This document shows positions 9,548 to 19,816 of a DNA stretch of 64,000 bases, piece after piece. The DNA is from Candidatus Thorarchaeota archaeon (lineage in GTDB: Archaea; Asgardarchaeota; Thorarchaeia; Thorarchaeales; Thorarchaeaceae). The notes beneath the pieces are model-generated. The model was given only the letters and a program-made list of their open reading frames with translations, did not search any database and was not told the origin of the DNA. Position numbers and translations under genes: made by a program. The number at the start of each line of letters is the position of its first letter. Position 1 is the first letter of the stretch. Location: the NCBI GenBank assembly GCA_048882485.1, contig JBHLRP010000008.1, positions 1 to 64,000 of the forward strand. The letters are read 5' to 3'.

Positions 9548-10318
9548 TTGACGGAGTCGCACAGCGGCTACTCTGCTAGTCGCTCATCACGTCCGCTAGA
9601 TCGTATTATGGTCTTGGTATGCGTGATGTTCGTCTTTGCGATGTGCACTAGTTTCAGTGCAGCAGCGCAGAATCCAAACCTATTGGACCAAATGGAAGAC
9701 GACCTTAACGACCTCTCAGCCAAAGCCATCTCTTGGTCGGTAGTTTCTGAATCAATTAATGACAACATAGCTCTTATTGACACTATTGAACTAGGGTCGG
9801 AAAATGCTCATTGGGTCCTTGAACCAGAAGACGGATACATTGAGATAACTGACTACTACCTACCTGAAGGAGATATACCCCTCTGCATTGACCAAGCCTG
9901 GCTTGATCAATTCTATGTGGTCGTTCATGTATATGGCGGCTACGAACTCCTTGAGATGGGTCTGTGGTTAGAACAGAAGGATGTTTGGTACCGCATCGAC
10001 ATCGTGCTCCTTGATTGGCGCGAAGGATGCGGTGAAGACTGGTATGTATTTGGTCTGGCACTACCGGATGGAGTGGAGAGTTATAGCTTTGATGCGAATA
10101 ACTTCCCAGAAGTTAGTCCACCATTCGAGATTTGGCATGATCCAGACTATGATGACCTACAGAAGGAGATTAATGTTTACTTCTGCAGCCTATGGACAGG
10201 CTGCGACTTACCGGCCCAGGAGTTCACGATTTCCTTAGTTCATTGGTCAATAAGAGCTGTGTGTCGCCTCTTCTGGCGACACCCACTGGTTTTTGATGGC
10301 TATTCAAACTATAGCTGA
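9548..10318 (+). CDS. Hypothetical secreted/anchored acidic protein
   Basis: Signal-like segment MVLVCVMFVFAMCTSFSAAA followed by a Trp/Asp/Cys-rich domain. Start uncertain (TTG 9548 after GAGAGGT, or ATG 9608). Confidence 0.65.
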   Translation: MTESHSGYSASRSSRPLDRIMVLVCVMFVFAMCTSFSAAAQNPNLLDQMEDDLNDLSAKAISWSVVSESINDNIALIDTIELGSENAHWVLEPEDGYIEITDYYLPEGDIPLCIDQAWLDQFYVVVHVYGGYELLEMGLWLEQKDVWYRIDIVLLDWREGCGEDWYVFGLALPDGVESYSFDANNFPEVSPPFEIWHDPDYDDLQKEINVYFCSLWTGCDLPAQEFTISLVHWSIRAVCRLFWRHPLVFDGYSNYS

Positions 10319-11709
10319 AAGTCTCCGTAAGCAAGTGCTACTTCTTCAGCTAGCGCAGAGATTTGATTGTGGGGGCTTTCCAGCGCCTCCCTCAATATTT
10401 CCTGGGCAAAATCCACAGGAAGTTTCATGACATTGGATATGATCTCAAGTCCCACTTCTTCTTCCGGGTCCTTAATCAACTGAAAGAATAACTCCCTTGT
10501 ATCATTGTCATGTAATTCGATGAGTATTCTCGCAAGGTCTTTCCTGACACTAGGGATTTTGCTATTGGCTAGCACCATTAGTGCTGACTTCGTGCTTCTT
10601 TGTCTTTGCTTCACTGATATTGCGGACGACATCATTTCAGCGAGCTCAATTGAATCCGCCTCCGATGGGTCGCTGACTGAGATGGGCGATTCAAGAGCAT
10701 TCAATCTCGCCAACCCTCGAGCCGCTAGCGCACGTTCAGATCGTACTTTTGAATCCAAGAGGGTGTTCAAGATATCCTCGGATGCAGGGTCTCTTGTGTT
10801 GACTAATATGTCAATAATGACTCCTTGATGGTGGGTGGCCATTGTCGGTTGTAAGGCAATGAGATTTCTGTTGTAGTGCCGAGTTCGAAGACTTTTGATC
10901 TCTTTCAGGAGTGCTAACTGATTTAGGCCACGAGGGCCTCCTTCTTCTAATCCTTTAATCGAGGCATCCAGCCGCTTTAACGCTTCTATCTCATCTCTGG
11001 GTTGCTTTCCCACCCTAAACAGTGTTGAATGAGGGAGCGCTTCGTCAAGCGATTTTACAGAGGCATACCAGTCATCCGGAGGGATCTCTTCAGACATTGA
11101 TTCTGGCTCAAATCCAAGGCCAGCAAGAATACTGGCTATTTCAGTCCACACTTGCTTGTCAACCACTGATTCGATTTCTGATTCTGAAAATGTTTGGAGT
11201 ATAGAACTGCCATACTTGGTATTTCGAAGATGACCGATATAGTAAAGCTGTCTAACAGTTGTTCGGGTGTGTTTTTCTGTGAAGGGAACCTTGCAGTCTC
11301 TGATTTCTTGAATTCGTTTCTGCAATATTTCGGGTAAGAAAATCGAATACGGTGATGGCGCAGCCCTTTCAACTCTGACCGCGCCTGAATTGAATTGCTG
11401 AGATTGAGATTCAAAGAGGGTATGAACATATTCAAAGATCAATTGAATGGCCGTATTCCTAGTTCGCACACCTTTCAAGATATCAAAAAGATCGTATGAC
11501 GGTATCTCCAATGCACAATAAATCGGGTCTATCGCAAGGAAATGCGCCACATGATCTCGTATTCTTAGGTCTCGATTCTCTCTGAAAGCAGAATAGAGTG
11601 ATTCCTTCAACTCTAGTATATTCTCTTCCCTTACAAATTCCAACAATAGATTCGAGCTACTGTGAAAATCAAACCTGCTAATCGCAGCCAGCAACTCAGT
11701 AATACTCAA
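10309..11709 (-). CDS. HEAT-repeat-containing protein
   Basis: LLDSKVRSERALAARGL, NSKIPSVRKDLARIL and LIKDPEEEV HEAT-like units in the C-terminal half. Confidence 0.7.
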   Translation of the reverse strand: MSITELLAAISRFDFHSSSNLLLEFVREENILELKESLYSAFRENRDLRIRDHVAHFLAIDPIYCALEIPSYDLFDILKGVRTRNTAIQLIFEYVHTLFESQSQQFNSGAVRVERAAPSPYSIFLPEILQKRIQEIRDCKVPFTEKHTRTTVRQLYYIGHLRNTKYGSSILQTFSESEIESVVDKQVWTEIASILAGLGFEPESMSEEIPPDDWYASVKSLDEALPHSTLFRVGKQPRDEIEALKRLDASIKGLEEGGPRGLNQLALLKEIKSLRTRHYNRNLIALQPTMATHHQGVIIDILVNTRDPASEDILNTLLDSKVRSERALAARGLARLNALESPISVSDPSEADSIELAEMMSSAISVKQRQRSTKSALMVLANSKIPSVRKDLARILIELHDNDTRELFFQLIKDPEEEVGLEIISNVMKLPVDFAQEILREALESPHNQISALAEEVALAYGDFQL

Positions 11710-11810
11710 GGTCAGTCACTAAAACTCTATGCCCGAGTAGAGTATATGTAGATGTTCCTGGCCGCACCGGCCAGCAACAACTCCATACTTGTGTTAGCAT
11801 CAAATGTCGT

Positions 11811-12083
11811 CTAGGATCCCGTGCCTTTCATTTTGTGCACGATAAAACATTTTTTTCGGTACGCCTCATCGTCTAGGTTGTTAATGAAGTTCTCGAGCTT
11901 CTTGACCCGTGTGAACTCCTCATGGATACCCAGGTCTCTCACAGAAATCATTGCTTTCTTCTTCTCGATTCGAACGTAGACTCCACCGAGGCCCACTGAG
12001 TGCTTCATATATACTGGATCCTCTTGGTTCTTAACTCGATAGAATCCCTGTCTTCTCAACATTCGTGTGACCATGTTCATCAT
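11811..12083 (-). CDS. Small basic hypothetical protein
   Basis: 90-aa ATG ORF with upstream GGAGGG and TATA-like TTTATA; natural protein composition. Confidence 0.7.
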   Translation of the reverse strand: MMNMVTRMLRRQGFYRVKNQEDPVYMKHSVGLGGVYVRIEKKKAMISVRDLGIHEEFTRVKKLENFINNLDDEAYRKKCFIVHKMKGTGS

Positions 12084-12470
12084 AGCTGTCTAGCCCTCCC
12101 GGCGGCTGACAGTTTCATAGTAAACGCATACCTCAATATAAAGTCATAAGGTGAAAATGGTAAACGTTTGTTCAGCATGTGCATAATGAGATGTACAAAT
12201 AAATATTTAATAGGAAAAAAGATGCACAAATAGCCAATAATTGCCTGATATATGCACAAGAATCGATTTGTATGCCATTATAGCTTCCAACGCGCCAAAT
12301 GAAAATAATACGTGTACGAGATGCTTCGAGAGCCCCTTGCCGTCAATGAGAAACGTTTACGACGTATTTGGCCGCTGCCATTCCAAGAAATCCGCTACCT
12401 TTGCTATATTCAATGAAGACAACGCTTAAAACTGAGGCAAAGAAGTCGGGCTGCAACTGTGGGAATAATC

Positions 12471-13025
12471 ATGGATCTCTGGAGTGATTTCATAGGTTTC
12501 TTCACAGGTATTCTTGAGCCTGTAGCCAACCCTCCATTCAGTGCTGTATTCATTCTGATTGTTAGTGTATCCCTTGCACTTATCGCATCATGGGCAACTA
12601 TGCGGTTCAGCAATGTTGAGCAGACGAAGGAGAACATGAAAGAGATCTCCGAATGGAGAAAGAAGCTTGATGAAGCGCGGAAGACAATGGACCCTATGCT
12701 GCTCCAGGAAGTCCAAGATCAGCAGGCAAGAATCATGCGCCTAAATGCTGAGCTGATGAGCTCGCGATGCAAGCCCATGTGCATCTATTACATCCCATTC
12801 ATAATCATCTTTGGAATACTCAATGCGTTGTACGCTAATGTCCCGGTTGCAATCCTCCCTTTCAATGCACAGAAATTGCTCCCATTTATAGATCCAATGT
12901 TGGGAACCAATATCGCTGGAGGAGGCTTCGGACTCTGGTTCTGGCCATGGTATCTCTTATCAAGCCTTGGCCTAGGAAACCTCATTCGCAAATTCCTGGG
13001 CGTTGGCGTTGAGCTGGGAATGTAA
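12471..13025 (+). CDS. EMC3/TMCO1/DUF106 (Oxa1-superfamily) membrane insertase
   Basis: TM1, coiled coil, KPMCIYYIPFIIIF, and C-terminal WYLLSS motif. Confidence 0.88.
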   Translation: MDLWSDFIGFFTGILEPVANPPFSAVFILIVSVSLALIASWATMRFSNVEQTKENMKEISEWRKKLDEARKTMDPMLLQEVQDQQARIMRLNAELMSSRCKPMCIYYIPFIIIFGILNALYANVPVAILPFNAQKLLPFIDPMLGTNIAGGGFGLWFWPWYLLSSLGLGNLIRKFLGVGVELGM

Positions 13026-13026
13026 A

Positions 13027-14199
13027 CTACTGTGCTTCCTGTTCATCTTTGGTTTTGACGAGAAGCAGAGCAATTGTGGCTATCAGAGCCAGAATGATTG
13101 AATATTGGAAAGCCATCAGTGGTCCTATTGCATCCCAAAGGTACCCTATGATAATACCAGCTGGCAGTGCGCAGAGGCCTATAGACATTTGAAATGCTCC
13201 CAATATACTTGATCGCCTTTCTTCTTCAACGAGATCCGAAACTAGCGCTGTCTGAACTGGATCGAGTGCGCCATTCATGAGACCAAAGAGAATGAACAAG
13301 GGTATCACTGTCACCCAGTCATTTGCAATAAAGGCCCATGCAGAGGTAAGGATTAGCAGAATGAATGCCATTAAGAGGATTGGCTTTCTCCCAAAGCGGT
13401 CAGATGCTCGACCAAAGGGATATGCACTTGCTGCATAAACCGCTGTGAAGAGGATATAGAGGAGAGGCAGCTGTGATTCAAGATATCCAAAGCCCTGAGA
13501 GAAAAGTATGAGGAATGAATAGCTGAATGTTGCCATAGCAAACAGAATTGATGCAAATAGGAATATCTTCAGGTTTCGATTCAATCCTCGAAAGCTAACT
13601 CCCTTGAAGACATCCTTTCCCTTTTTCTCCTCTATCAGCACTGCGACCACTATGACACTTCCCACACCTGGAAGAACTGCCAAAATGATGATGCCAGTGT
13701 AACCAAGATACACAAACAATAGTGCTGTGATTACAGAACCCAGAACCGCTCCTGCTGTGTCCATTGCACGCAATACTCCGAAGGCTCGCCCTCGTTTTTC
13801 TTCGTCAGCAAACCCAGCTACAATCGCGTCTCTAGGCGGTCCACGCATCTTTCCCAATCTATCAGTGGATTTAAAGAACAGGATTTGATAGAACCCTGTC
13901 GCAAGCAGGAAACCTAATCTCGAGATTGTAGAGAGAAAGTATCCGGCCGAGATGAAAGTCTTCCTTCTACCTGTTCTATCGGAAGCATAGCCCGCACCTA
14001 GCTTTGATAATGATGTTATCGTTAAAGCCAGTCCATCAACAATTCCAATCTGGAAGAACGAAAGACCAAGACGAATCTGCAAGAACGTTGGCCAAATGGG
14101 TGCAATCATGTCGGAACTTGTATCGCTCAGAAACGAAGCAGTTCCGAACACAAGGGTCGGATCACGCTCGCTTCTATTCTTGGCATCATCAATGAACAA
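13027..14199 (-). CDS. MFS transporter
   Basis: Motif A GYASDRTGRRK and GRASDRFGRK; DRLGKMRGPPRDA; 12 TM helices. Confidence 0.92.
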   Translation of the reverse strand: MFIDDAKNRSERDPTLVFGTASFLSDTSSDMIAPIWPTFLQIRLGLSFFQIGIVDGLALTITSLSKLGAGYASDRTGRRKTFISAGYFLSTISRLGFLLATGFYQILFFKSTDRLGKMRGPPRDAIVAGFADEEKRGRAFGVLRAMDTAGAVLGSVITALLFVYLGYTGIIILAVLPGVGSVIVVAVLIEEKKGKDVFKGVSFRGLNRNLKIFLFASILFAMATFSYSFLILFSQGFGYLESQLPLLYILFTAVYAASAYPFGRASDRFGRKPILLMAFILLILTSAWAFIANDWVTVIPLFILFGLMNGALDPVQTALVSDLVEEERRSSILGAFQMSIGLCALPAGIIIGYLWDAIGPLMAFQYSIILALIATIALLLVKTKDEQEAQ

Positions 14200-14316
14200 A
14201 TCTTGAATTCCCTCCTGCTCGCCTATTCACTCCCAGCATTTATTTCATTGCCAGAAGAAAGGAGAGTTGATTCCTAGTTCACAAGCGTTTTATTATCCAA
14301 TTCTATCTGTGCCGCT

Positions 14317-15519
14317 ATGAGTCCTAGTAGGTCGAAAGTCTACTTTGGATCTGTGAAACATGGGAACACGGGTCGTTTCGCCTCATTTGGGGCAAAAGTG
14401 GACAAGGTTATCGAACTTCTTGACTTCTCAACTATAGAGAAGAAAGATAAAGTCGCTATCAAGATGCATTTGGGTTTTCACGACGGATATCAGACTGTGC
14501 CCGTCTTCTTTGTACGTCGGCTGGTCAAAGCGGTAAAGAAGGCTGGCGGATACCCATTCGTGACTGACAATCCCACTGCAGTCTATAATGCCGCAGAGCG
14601 TGGATATACAGCTGAAACATGTGGCTGTCCTATCATTCCAGCTGCTGGAGTTAAGGATGGCTATACAAGGAAAGTGGAGTTCAACTTTGGAAACGTCGAC
14701 ACCCTAGAGATGGGTGGAGTACTGGCGGACGCTGATGTGCTGATTGATTTCACTCACGTTAAAGGTCACAACTCATGTGGATATGGCGGAGCGGTGAAGA
14801 ACATCGCTCTGGGTGGATATCATGGCCCAAGCAGATGGCAGAAGATACATGGTGTCGAGACCAGCATTCCCTATTGGGATCCAGAGAAATGTACTCCTGA
14901 ACATGCGAAGAAACTAGTTGAGATATGTCCGGAAGAGTGCATAAACTACAAAGAAGAGAAGCACAAGCTCACGGTCGCATTTGGAATGTGTAACCAGTGC
15001 TGGAAGTGCATGGAGGCGGACAAGGATGTTGGATGCCTTGATCTGAAACCAGAGAATTACGCGATGTTTCAAGAACTCATGGCCAGGGCTGCAAATGAAG
15101 TCTTGAAGACATTCGATGAGAACAAGAAATTCTTCCTGAACTTTGCCATAGACATCACTGGGATGTGTGATTGCTGGGGAATCGCTCAGCCGCATGTTGT
15201 GAACGACATTGGTGTCCTAGGAAGCAGGGATATTGTAGCCATTGAACAGGCATCACTGGACTTGGTTGCACAGGAGGGTCTCATTGAAAGCATGATTCCT
15301 CCCTACTATAGGAATCTGAACCTGGATCCTGAGGCTGATCTCCATCCATTTGCGAGGCTGCACGGGCCTATGAAGAATCCCTATTTGGTGACTGAATATG
15401 CTGAGGGATTAGGAATGGGCTCAAGGGACTATGAGCTCATAGAGGTCCTCTCAGTAGAAGAAACCATGAAGATGAAGCCTCCATCAGGAGTTTCTGAAGC
15501 TGCTCCGTCGTTCTTCTAG
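14317..15519 (+). CDS. DUF362-family iron-sulfur protein
   Basis: VAIKMHLG, HVKGH..GYGGAVKNIALG, ferredoxin-like Cys cluster, CDC and DIVAIEQAS motifs. Confidence 0.88.
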   Translation: MSPSRSKVYFGSVKHGNTGRFASFGAKVDKVIELLDFSTIEKKDKVAIKMHLGFHDGYQTVPVFFVRRLVKAVKKAGGYPFVTDNPTAVYNAAERGYTAETCGCPIIPAAGVKDGYTRKVEFNFGNVDTLEMGGVLADADVLIDFTHVKGHNSCGYGGAVKNIALGGYHGPSRWQKIHGVETSIPYWDPEKCTPEHAKKLVEICPEECINYKEEKHKLTVAFGMCNQCWKCMEADKDVGCLDLKPENYAMFQELMARAANEVLKTFDENKKFFLNFAIDITGMCDCWGIAQPHVVNDIGVLGSRDIVAIEQASLDLVAQEGLIESMIPPYYRNLNLDPEADLHPFARLHGPMKNPYLVTEYAEGLGMGSRDYELIEVLSVEETMKMKPPSGVSEAAPSFF

Positions 15520-15653
15520 TAATATAGGGGATTAAGTAGCTGCAGAGGTAACACTCAGTGAGAGCTTGCACCAAATATCAGACGACTTAGCATCGCATAC
15601 AACATAAGAATCTTTAATATATGCTAGTAATATAGAATATATGACTGGCTCTT

Positions 15654-16121
15654 GTGAGTCATGAGAAGGTGGGACGCCAGATGACTGAGAGTCTAACGCC
15701 TGAAGACAGACTTCGCAAGTATAAGGAGTTCATCTCAGGACTTGCACATGCAAATGACTCCCAGCGTAGGAACCATTCCTCTGGTCTAGGCAGTACTACT
15801 TCTGAAGCGAAGAAGCCTCCAGTGAAGAAAGAACTCATTGCCGCTCTTGCGGTGCTCAAGGATGCCCAGGAGAAGATGGAGTCTGCTCTTACTGAAGGCC
15901 AATCAGCTCGAAAGAATGTCATGCTGAAGATAAAGGAGAAAGCCCTAGAGTCTTCAATGCTTGAAATACGAGATGAGAAACGCAGATTGCAGCGCAAACT
16001 TGAGAAAGGCGAGATCACAAAGGCAGAATACGAAGCTGAAATTCAGAAACTTGTTCGCAAGGGAAAGAGCGTCCTAAAAGAGCAATCCATTGTTGCAGCA
16101 AAAAAGAATGGCTTAGCCTAG
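15654..16121 (+). CDS. Coiled-coil hypothetical protein with SHOCT-like C-terminus
   Basis: Charged helical sequence; LEKGEITKAEYE motif. Confidence 0.65.
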   Translation: MSHEKVGRQMTESLTPEDRLRKYKEFISGLAHANDSQRRNHSSGLGSTTSEAKKPPVKKELIAALAVLKDAQEKMESALTEGQSARKNVMLKIKEKALESSMLEIRDEKRRLQRKLEKGEITKAEYEAEIQKLVRKGKSVLKEQSIVAAKKNGLA

Positions 16122-16234
16122 TTCTTCTTAATACCATTTAATCCTTCAAGCTTCTGCCTAATTCATTCCAAATGCGGATGAAGAATCTAGCTTTCTTAAA
16201 TTCTGATTTTTCCGGCATCTGCTGAGGTAGAGGA

Positions 16235-18760
16235 ATGAAAAAAGCCGCTACACTGCTGTTAATTGTGCTTCTTATTGCTCCCTTATTTGTTGCTGTAGCT
16301 TCACCAGATGCTGCAGAAGGGATAGATTCGATGCAAGACATAGAACCAACGATTTCTTTCAAGGAATCGATGATGGCTTCCCGGAATATTAGGGTAGCAA
16401 TCTATGATGAGTCCAACACCACCGTACCATTGAAGTCAGATGCCCTTGGTCTGACAAACAATATCACCGAAGTAGCCGCAATACTCGTGGGTGCTGGCTA
16501 TCAAGTCACTTTAATCACGACTGATGATATACTTGACTACAGGTTGACGACGGCATCCTTTGATGTGTTCATTATGGTCAACAATCTTCCTAGAGAGAGT
16601 ATCTCCAAGCTTGTGAAGGACTTCTGGCTGGGTGGCGGAGGGCTATTGACCTTCCACGGCGCGCTGAGTTATCTGTATTATGAAAGCATCATCATCCCCA
16701 GCTGGGACGTTGATGTTGGAGATGGAATGTATTGGGGATACTTCTCAAGTGACAATCAAAATGTGACAGCGCGTCATTCGACAATGAAAGACTATAATGT
16801 TGGTGATGTTCTTACTGAACGAAACAACCTTTGGGCCACTGCATGGGAAAGAGTATTGATAGGCACATTAGGATTTGAAGCCGAAGCAACAAAAGCTGAT
16901 GATTTCACGATCCTGATGAACAATGGGAATACAGCTGACTTCATCACCGCATTCTCAATGGATAATACTCATGAAGGCGGTAGAGTAGTTCATCTTCCTG
17001 GGGATGGATACTCGATTCCTGCGGCGTTTGAAAGCATCATCACTGACTCAATACATTGGCTTGCTCCAAGGCCAAAGGCAAAGATTCTCTATGATCTTTC
17101 ACATGACCCATGGCTCACTGCAGATCCATGGGATGGTGGCTATGAGGCATTCTACTTCTCACCTTGGAGAACCGGGCTAGTTAATCGATCATATACTGTC
17201 GACAAACTCCATCCATCCTCCGAAGGCAATCTCACGTATCCAAATCTAGAGCCGTATGATATGCTTGTGGTCAATCAACCAATGGCAGACTATACGCAAG
17301 CTGAGGTTCAAGCTGTCGAACAATGGGTTCAGGATGGGGGTGCCCTATTTGTTGTTGGAGATAATGCGGGAGTTCCTGATAACTATCGTCTGAATGAGCT
17401 TATCGAGCCATTCGGTATACAGTTCAATCACACGCTTCCTACCTATGTTGGAGTCTTCTCAGACTATGACATGCATCCCACAACTGAGGGTTGTGCTTCC
17501 CTTTCATATATCGGCTCAGCAAGATTGAACATATCTGGTGCTGCATATCCAATTTGGAGGTACACGCCTGGAGATATTGCTGTAGCTGCAACTGAATACG
17601 GTCATGGTCGAGTGCTTGTAATCCCTGATGCAAATTCAGTTGTCGATGCGTGGATTGGGGATGCGAATAATTTCCATTTTGCTATGAATATAGTGAATTG
17701 GCTTACTTCCTATGATGCCAAGACTCTTGTCTACGTCGACACTGCATCGCATGATCCAAATACACTCCTTTATCGAGGACCAGTTGCTCAAGCACTGAAT
17801 GATATTGGATTGAAGTTCCTGCTGACATATTCGTACACCTACTTCAATTTGAGTCTTCATTCCGAGAATTGGGAACTGGTAGTCTACGACAACATCAATT
17901 ATGGCACTTCTATTATCTTTGAAGAGATACTAGATTACGTTCGTGCAGGTGGCAGGATGGTCTTCAGCACATGGACCTATAGTAATGCTCTGGCAACAGA
18001 GTTGAATAACTACATCGGATTTGAATATGCAGGCAATTATTTCAGTCCTCAACCACCAATCCATGTCTGGAATCCCGGAGCTGGCATATTCAATAATCCA
18101 AATCCGTACGGAGCAGGAAATATCAGCTCGAATATTGACTATTCCTTTGGATTGGAGTGTCAGAATCTGACAGTGTTTGACAACGCCACTGCTTTGGCAG
18201 GACTTGATTCCACAACATCAACGACTAATGCGAGTATCGTTTTGGGTGCTGGTGGAAGAGTCATTGTAAATGGCATGCTACTATCAATGTACATGAATGA
18301 CACAGATGACTCGACCTATCCTGATGCAGTTGAGATTTGGGAGAATGAGATTGCGTTTCTCATGAAACCAAGCATAGATGCTCCTGCTGACGTTGAATAC
18401 ATAGAGGGGACTACGGGCAATCTCATCGCGTGGCATCCTGACAGCCTCATCCCATTCAAATATGAGGTTGAGATGGATGGCGTTCCTGATGGAACTGAAC
18501 CATGGGATGGCGGGCCGGTTTCGTATGGCATTGATGGACTCGCGAATGGAACCTACGTGTTCACAATCACCATCTTTGATCGGGCAGGCTACACTGCAGT
18601 GGATGAAGTCACTGTGACTGTACTTGAGATTCCCCCGACAACTACCGAACCACCCCCAATGCCTCCATTGGATACAACCATATTGATTATCATTGCAGCT
18701 GCTGCTGGAGTTGTGATAATAATCATGTTGATAGTCATGCGGAAGCGCGGAGCAGAGTAA
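16235..18760 (+). CDS. Cell-surface protein: signal peptide, three GATase-like (DUF4350/GIFT) domains, Ig-like domain, C-terminal TM anchor
   Basis: MKK plus hydrophobic signal; repeated GGGLL/GGAL/GGRM and GGRVV/GRVL motifs; Pro/Thr linker, TM and RKR tail; many NxS/T sequons. Confidence 0.85.
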   Translation: MKKAATLLLIVLLIAPLFVAVASPDAAEGIDSMQDIEPTISFKESMMASRNIRVAIYDESNTTVPLKSDALGLTNNITEVAAILVGAGYQVTLITTDDILDYRLTTASFDVFIMVNNLPRESISKLVKDFWLGGGGLLTFHGALSYLYYESIIIPSWDVDVGDGMYWGYFSSDNQNVTARHSTMKDYNVGDVLTERNNLWATAWERVLIGTLGFEAEATKADDFTILMNNGNTADFITAFSMDNTHEGGRVVHLPGDGYSIPAAFESIITDSIHWLAPRPKAKILYDLSHDPWLTADPWDGGYEAFYFSPWRTGLVNRSYTVDKLHPSSEGNLTYPNLEPYDMLVVNQPMADYTQAEVQAVEQWVQDGGALFVVGDNAGVPDNYRLNELIEPFGIQFNHTLPTYVGVFSDYDMHPTTEGCASLSYIGSARLNISGAAYPIWRYTPGDIAVAATEYGHGRVLVIPDANSVVDAWIGDANNFHFAMNIVNWLTSYDAKTLVYVDTASHDPNTLLYRGPVAQALNDIGLKFLLTYSYTYFNLSLHSENWELVVYDNINYGTSIIFEEILDYVRAGGRMVFSTWTYSNALATELNNYIGFEYAGNYFSPQPPIHVWNPGAGIFNNPNPYGAGNISSNIDYSFGLECQNLTVFDNATALAGLDSTTSTTNASIVLGAGGRVIVNGMLLSMYMNDTDDSTYPDAVEIWENEIAFLMKPSIDAPADVEYIEGTTGNLIAWHPDSLIPFKYEVEMDGVPDGTEPWDGGPVSYGIDGLANGTYVFTITIFDRAGYTAVDEVTVTVLEIPPTTTEPPPMPPLDTTILIIIAAAAGVVIIIMLIVMRKRGAE

Positions 18761-18770
18761 TTCTATTTTC

Positions 18771-18810
18771 GAAGCCCGGCTTTTCGGGCTTCATTTTATT
18801 CCTTTTTTTT
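18771..18810 (+). terminator. Hairpin plus T-tract terminator
   Basis: GAAGCCCG-gctttt-CGGGCTTC followed by ATTTTATTCCTTTTTTTT just after the stop codon. Confidence 0.7.
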
Positions 18811-18981
18811 GGTTCTTCATATGATGAATTGAGAACAATACAATCATAGAAAAGTGAAAAAGGACCACGATATTCAAGAATCCTGCTAATAGGGAGGCTG
18901 AATGCGCTGGCTAAGGGCAAATCTGGCAAGGTTTCCAAAAGAGCCAAGTCGGATGAGGCCTATCTGCAGCAGTTTTGTGAA

Positions 18982-19815
18982 TTGAGTAGACGTGCAGCAA
19001 TTGACCAGCTATCGGAATTGATGAAGGGTTATTGGACTGATAAGATTGAATATCCCCTTCATCGCTTATGCAAGATAATCGAGAAGAAATGGAAAAAGTC
19101 TGGCAATGAAGAAGAAGCTATTGAACAGCTAATGCTTGTTCGGGACGGTATCTTTGGAGCTCTTGACATGCTCTCCCTTTCATTGCCCCTCGAAGTAGGC
19201 ACAGACACCATCATTCAGAAGCTCATAAAGGGAACAGACTGGGATGACGGCAGGAAGCGCGTTCGAAGTGAATGCGCACAAATCATCAGTGGCATGATAT
19301 CAGCAAGGAAAATTGCTCATGTTATCCCTTCAGGATTAGAACGAGACGGTTTCACCTTTCTTTTGCCTGAACTGAGAGAAGCCCTGTTGAAAGATGTCAA
19401 AAAGGCTGAGCTAAGAGCCCGAAAGGGTAGTGTAAGCTTGGTTGGGCTTTCACGTTCAGTTCTTGGAAGGCGACTGCTGAGAGAACAAATGATTGCGGAT
19501 ACCAAGATTCCTGAAGAAGATCCGCGACTGACACCTTTGATGGAAGCATATGACAAGCTTCTAGTTGAGGTGGAATTAGATCAACAGGTCGCATTCCCAT
19601 TAGAAACTCATCAGGTGACTTTCAACGGGAAAGTAGCGGAAGACGAAATGGAATACATGGATTCGGCAGCTGGTGCTGAGCCCGCAAGTGTTCAGTCTGA
19701 GTTAACGGAATACATCACAAGCCACAAAGAGGTAAAGCGCAAGCCGAAGAAAAAGGCAGGGAAGAAGCCTAAGAAATCATCAGGCCGCAAGAAGAAGAAG
19801 AAGGGAGGAGCATGA
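18982..19815 (+). CDS. Hypothetical helical protein with Lys-rich C-terminal tail
   Basis: 277-aa ORF ending KRKPKKKAGKKPKKSSGRKKKKKGGA; 1 nt upstream of the next gene. Confidence 0.8.
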   Translation: MSRRAAIDQLSELMKGYWTDKIEYPLHRLCKIIEKKWKKSGNEEEAIEQLMLVRDGIFGALDMLSLSLPLEVGTDTIIQKLIKGTDWDDGRKRVRSECAQIISGMISARKIAHVIPSGLERDGFTFLLPELREALLKDVKKAELRARKGSVSLVGLSRSVLGRRLLREQMIADTKIPEEDPRLTPLMEAYDKLLVEVELDQQVAFPLETHQVTFNGKVAEDEMEYMDSAAGAEPASVQSELTEYITSHKEVKRKPKKKAGKKPKKSSGRKKKKKGGA

Positions 19816-19816
19816 A

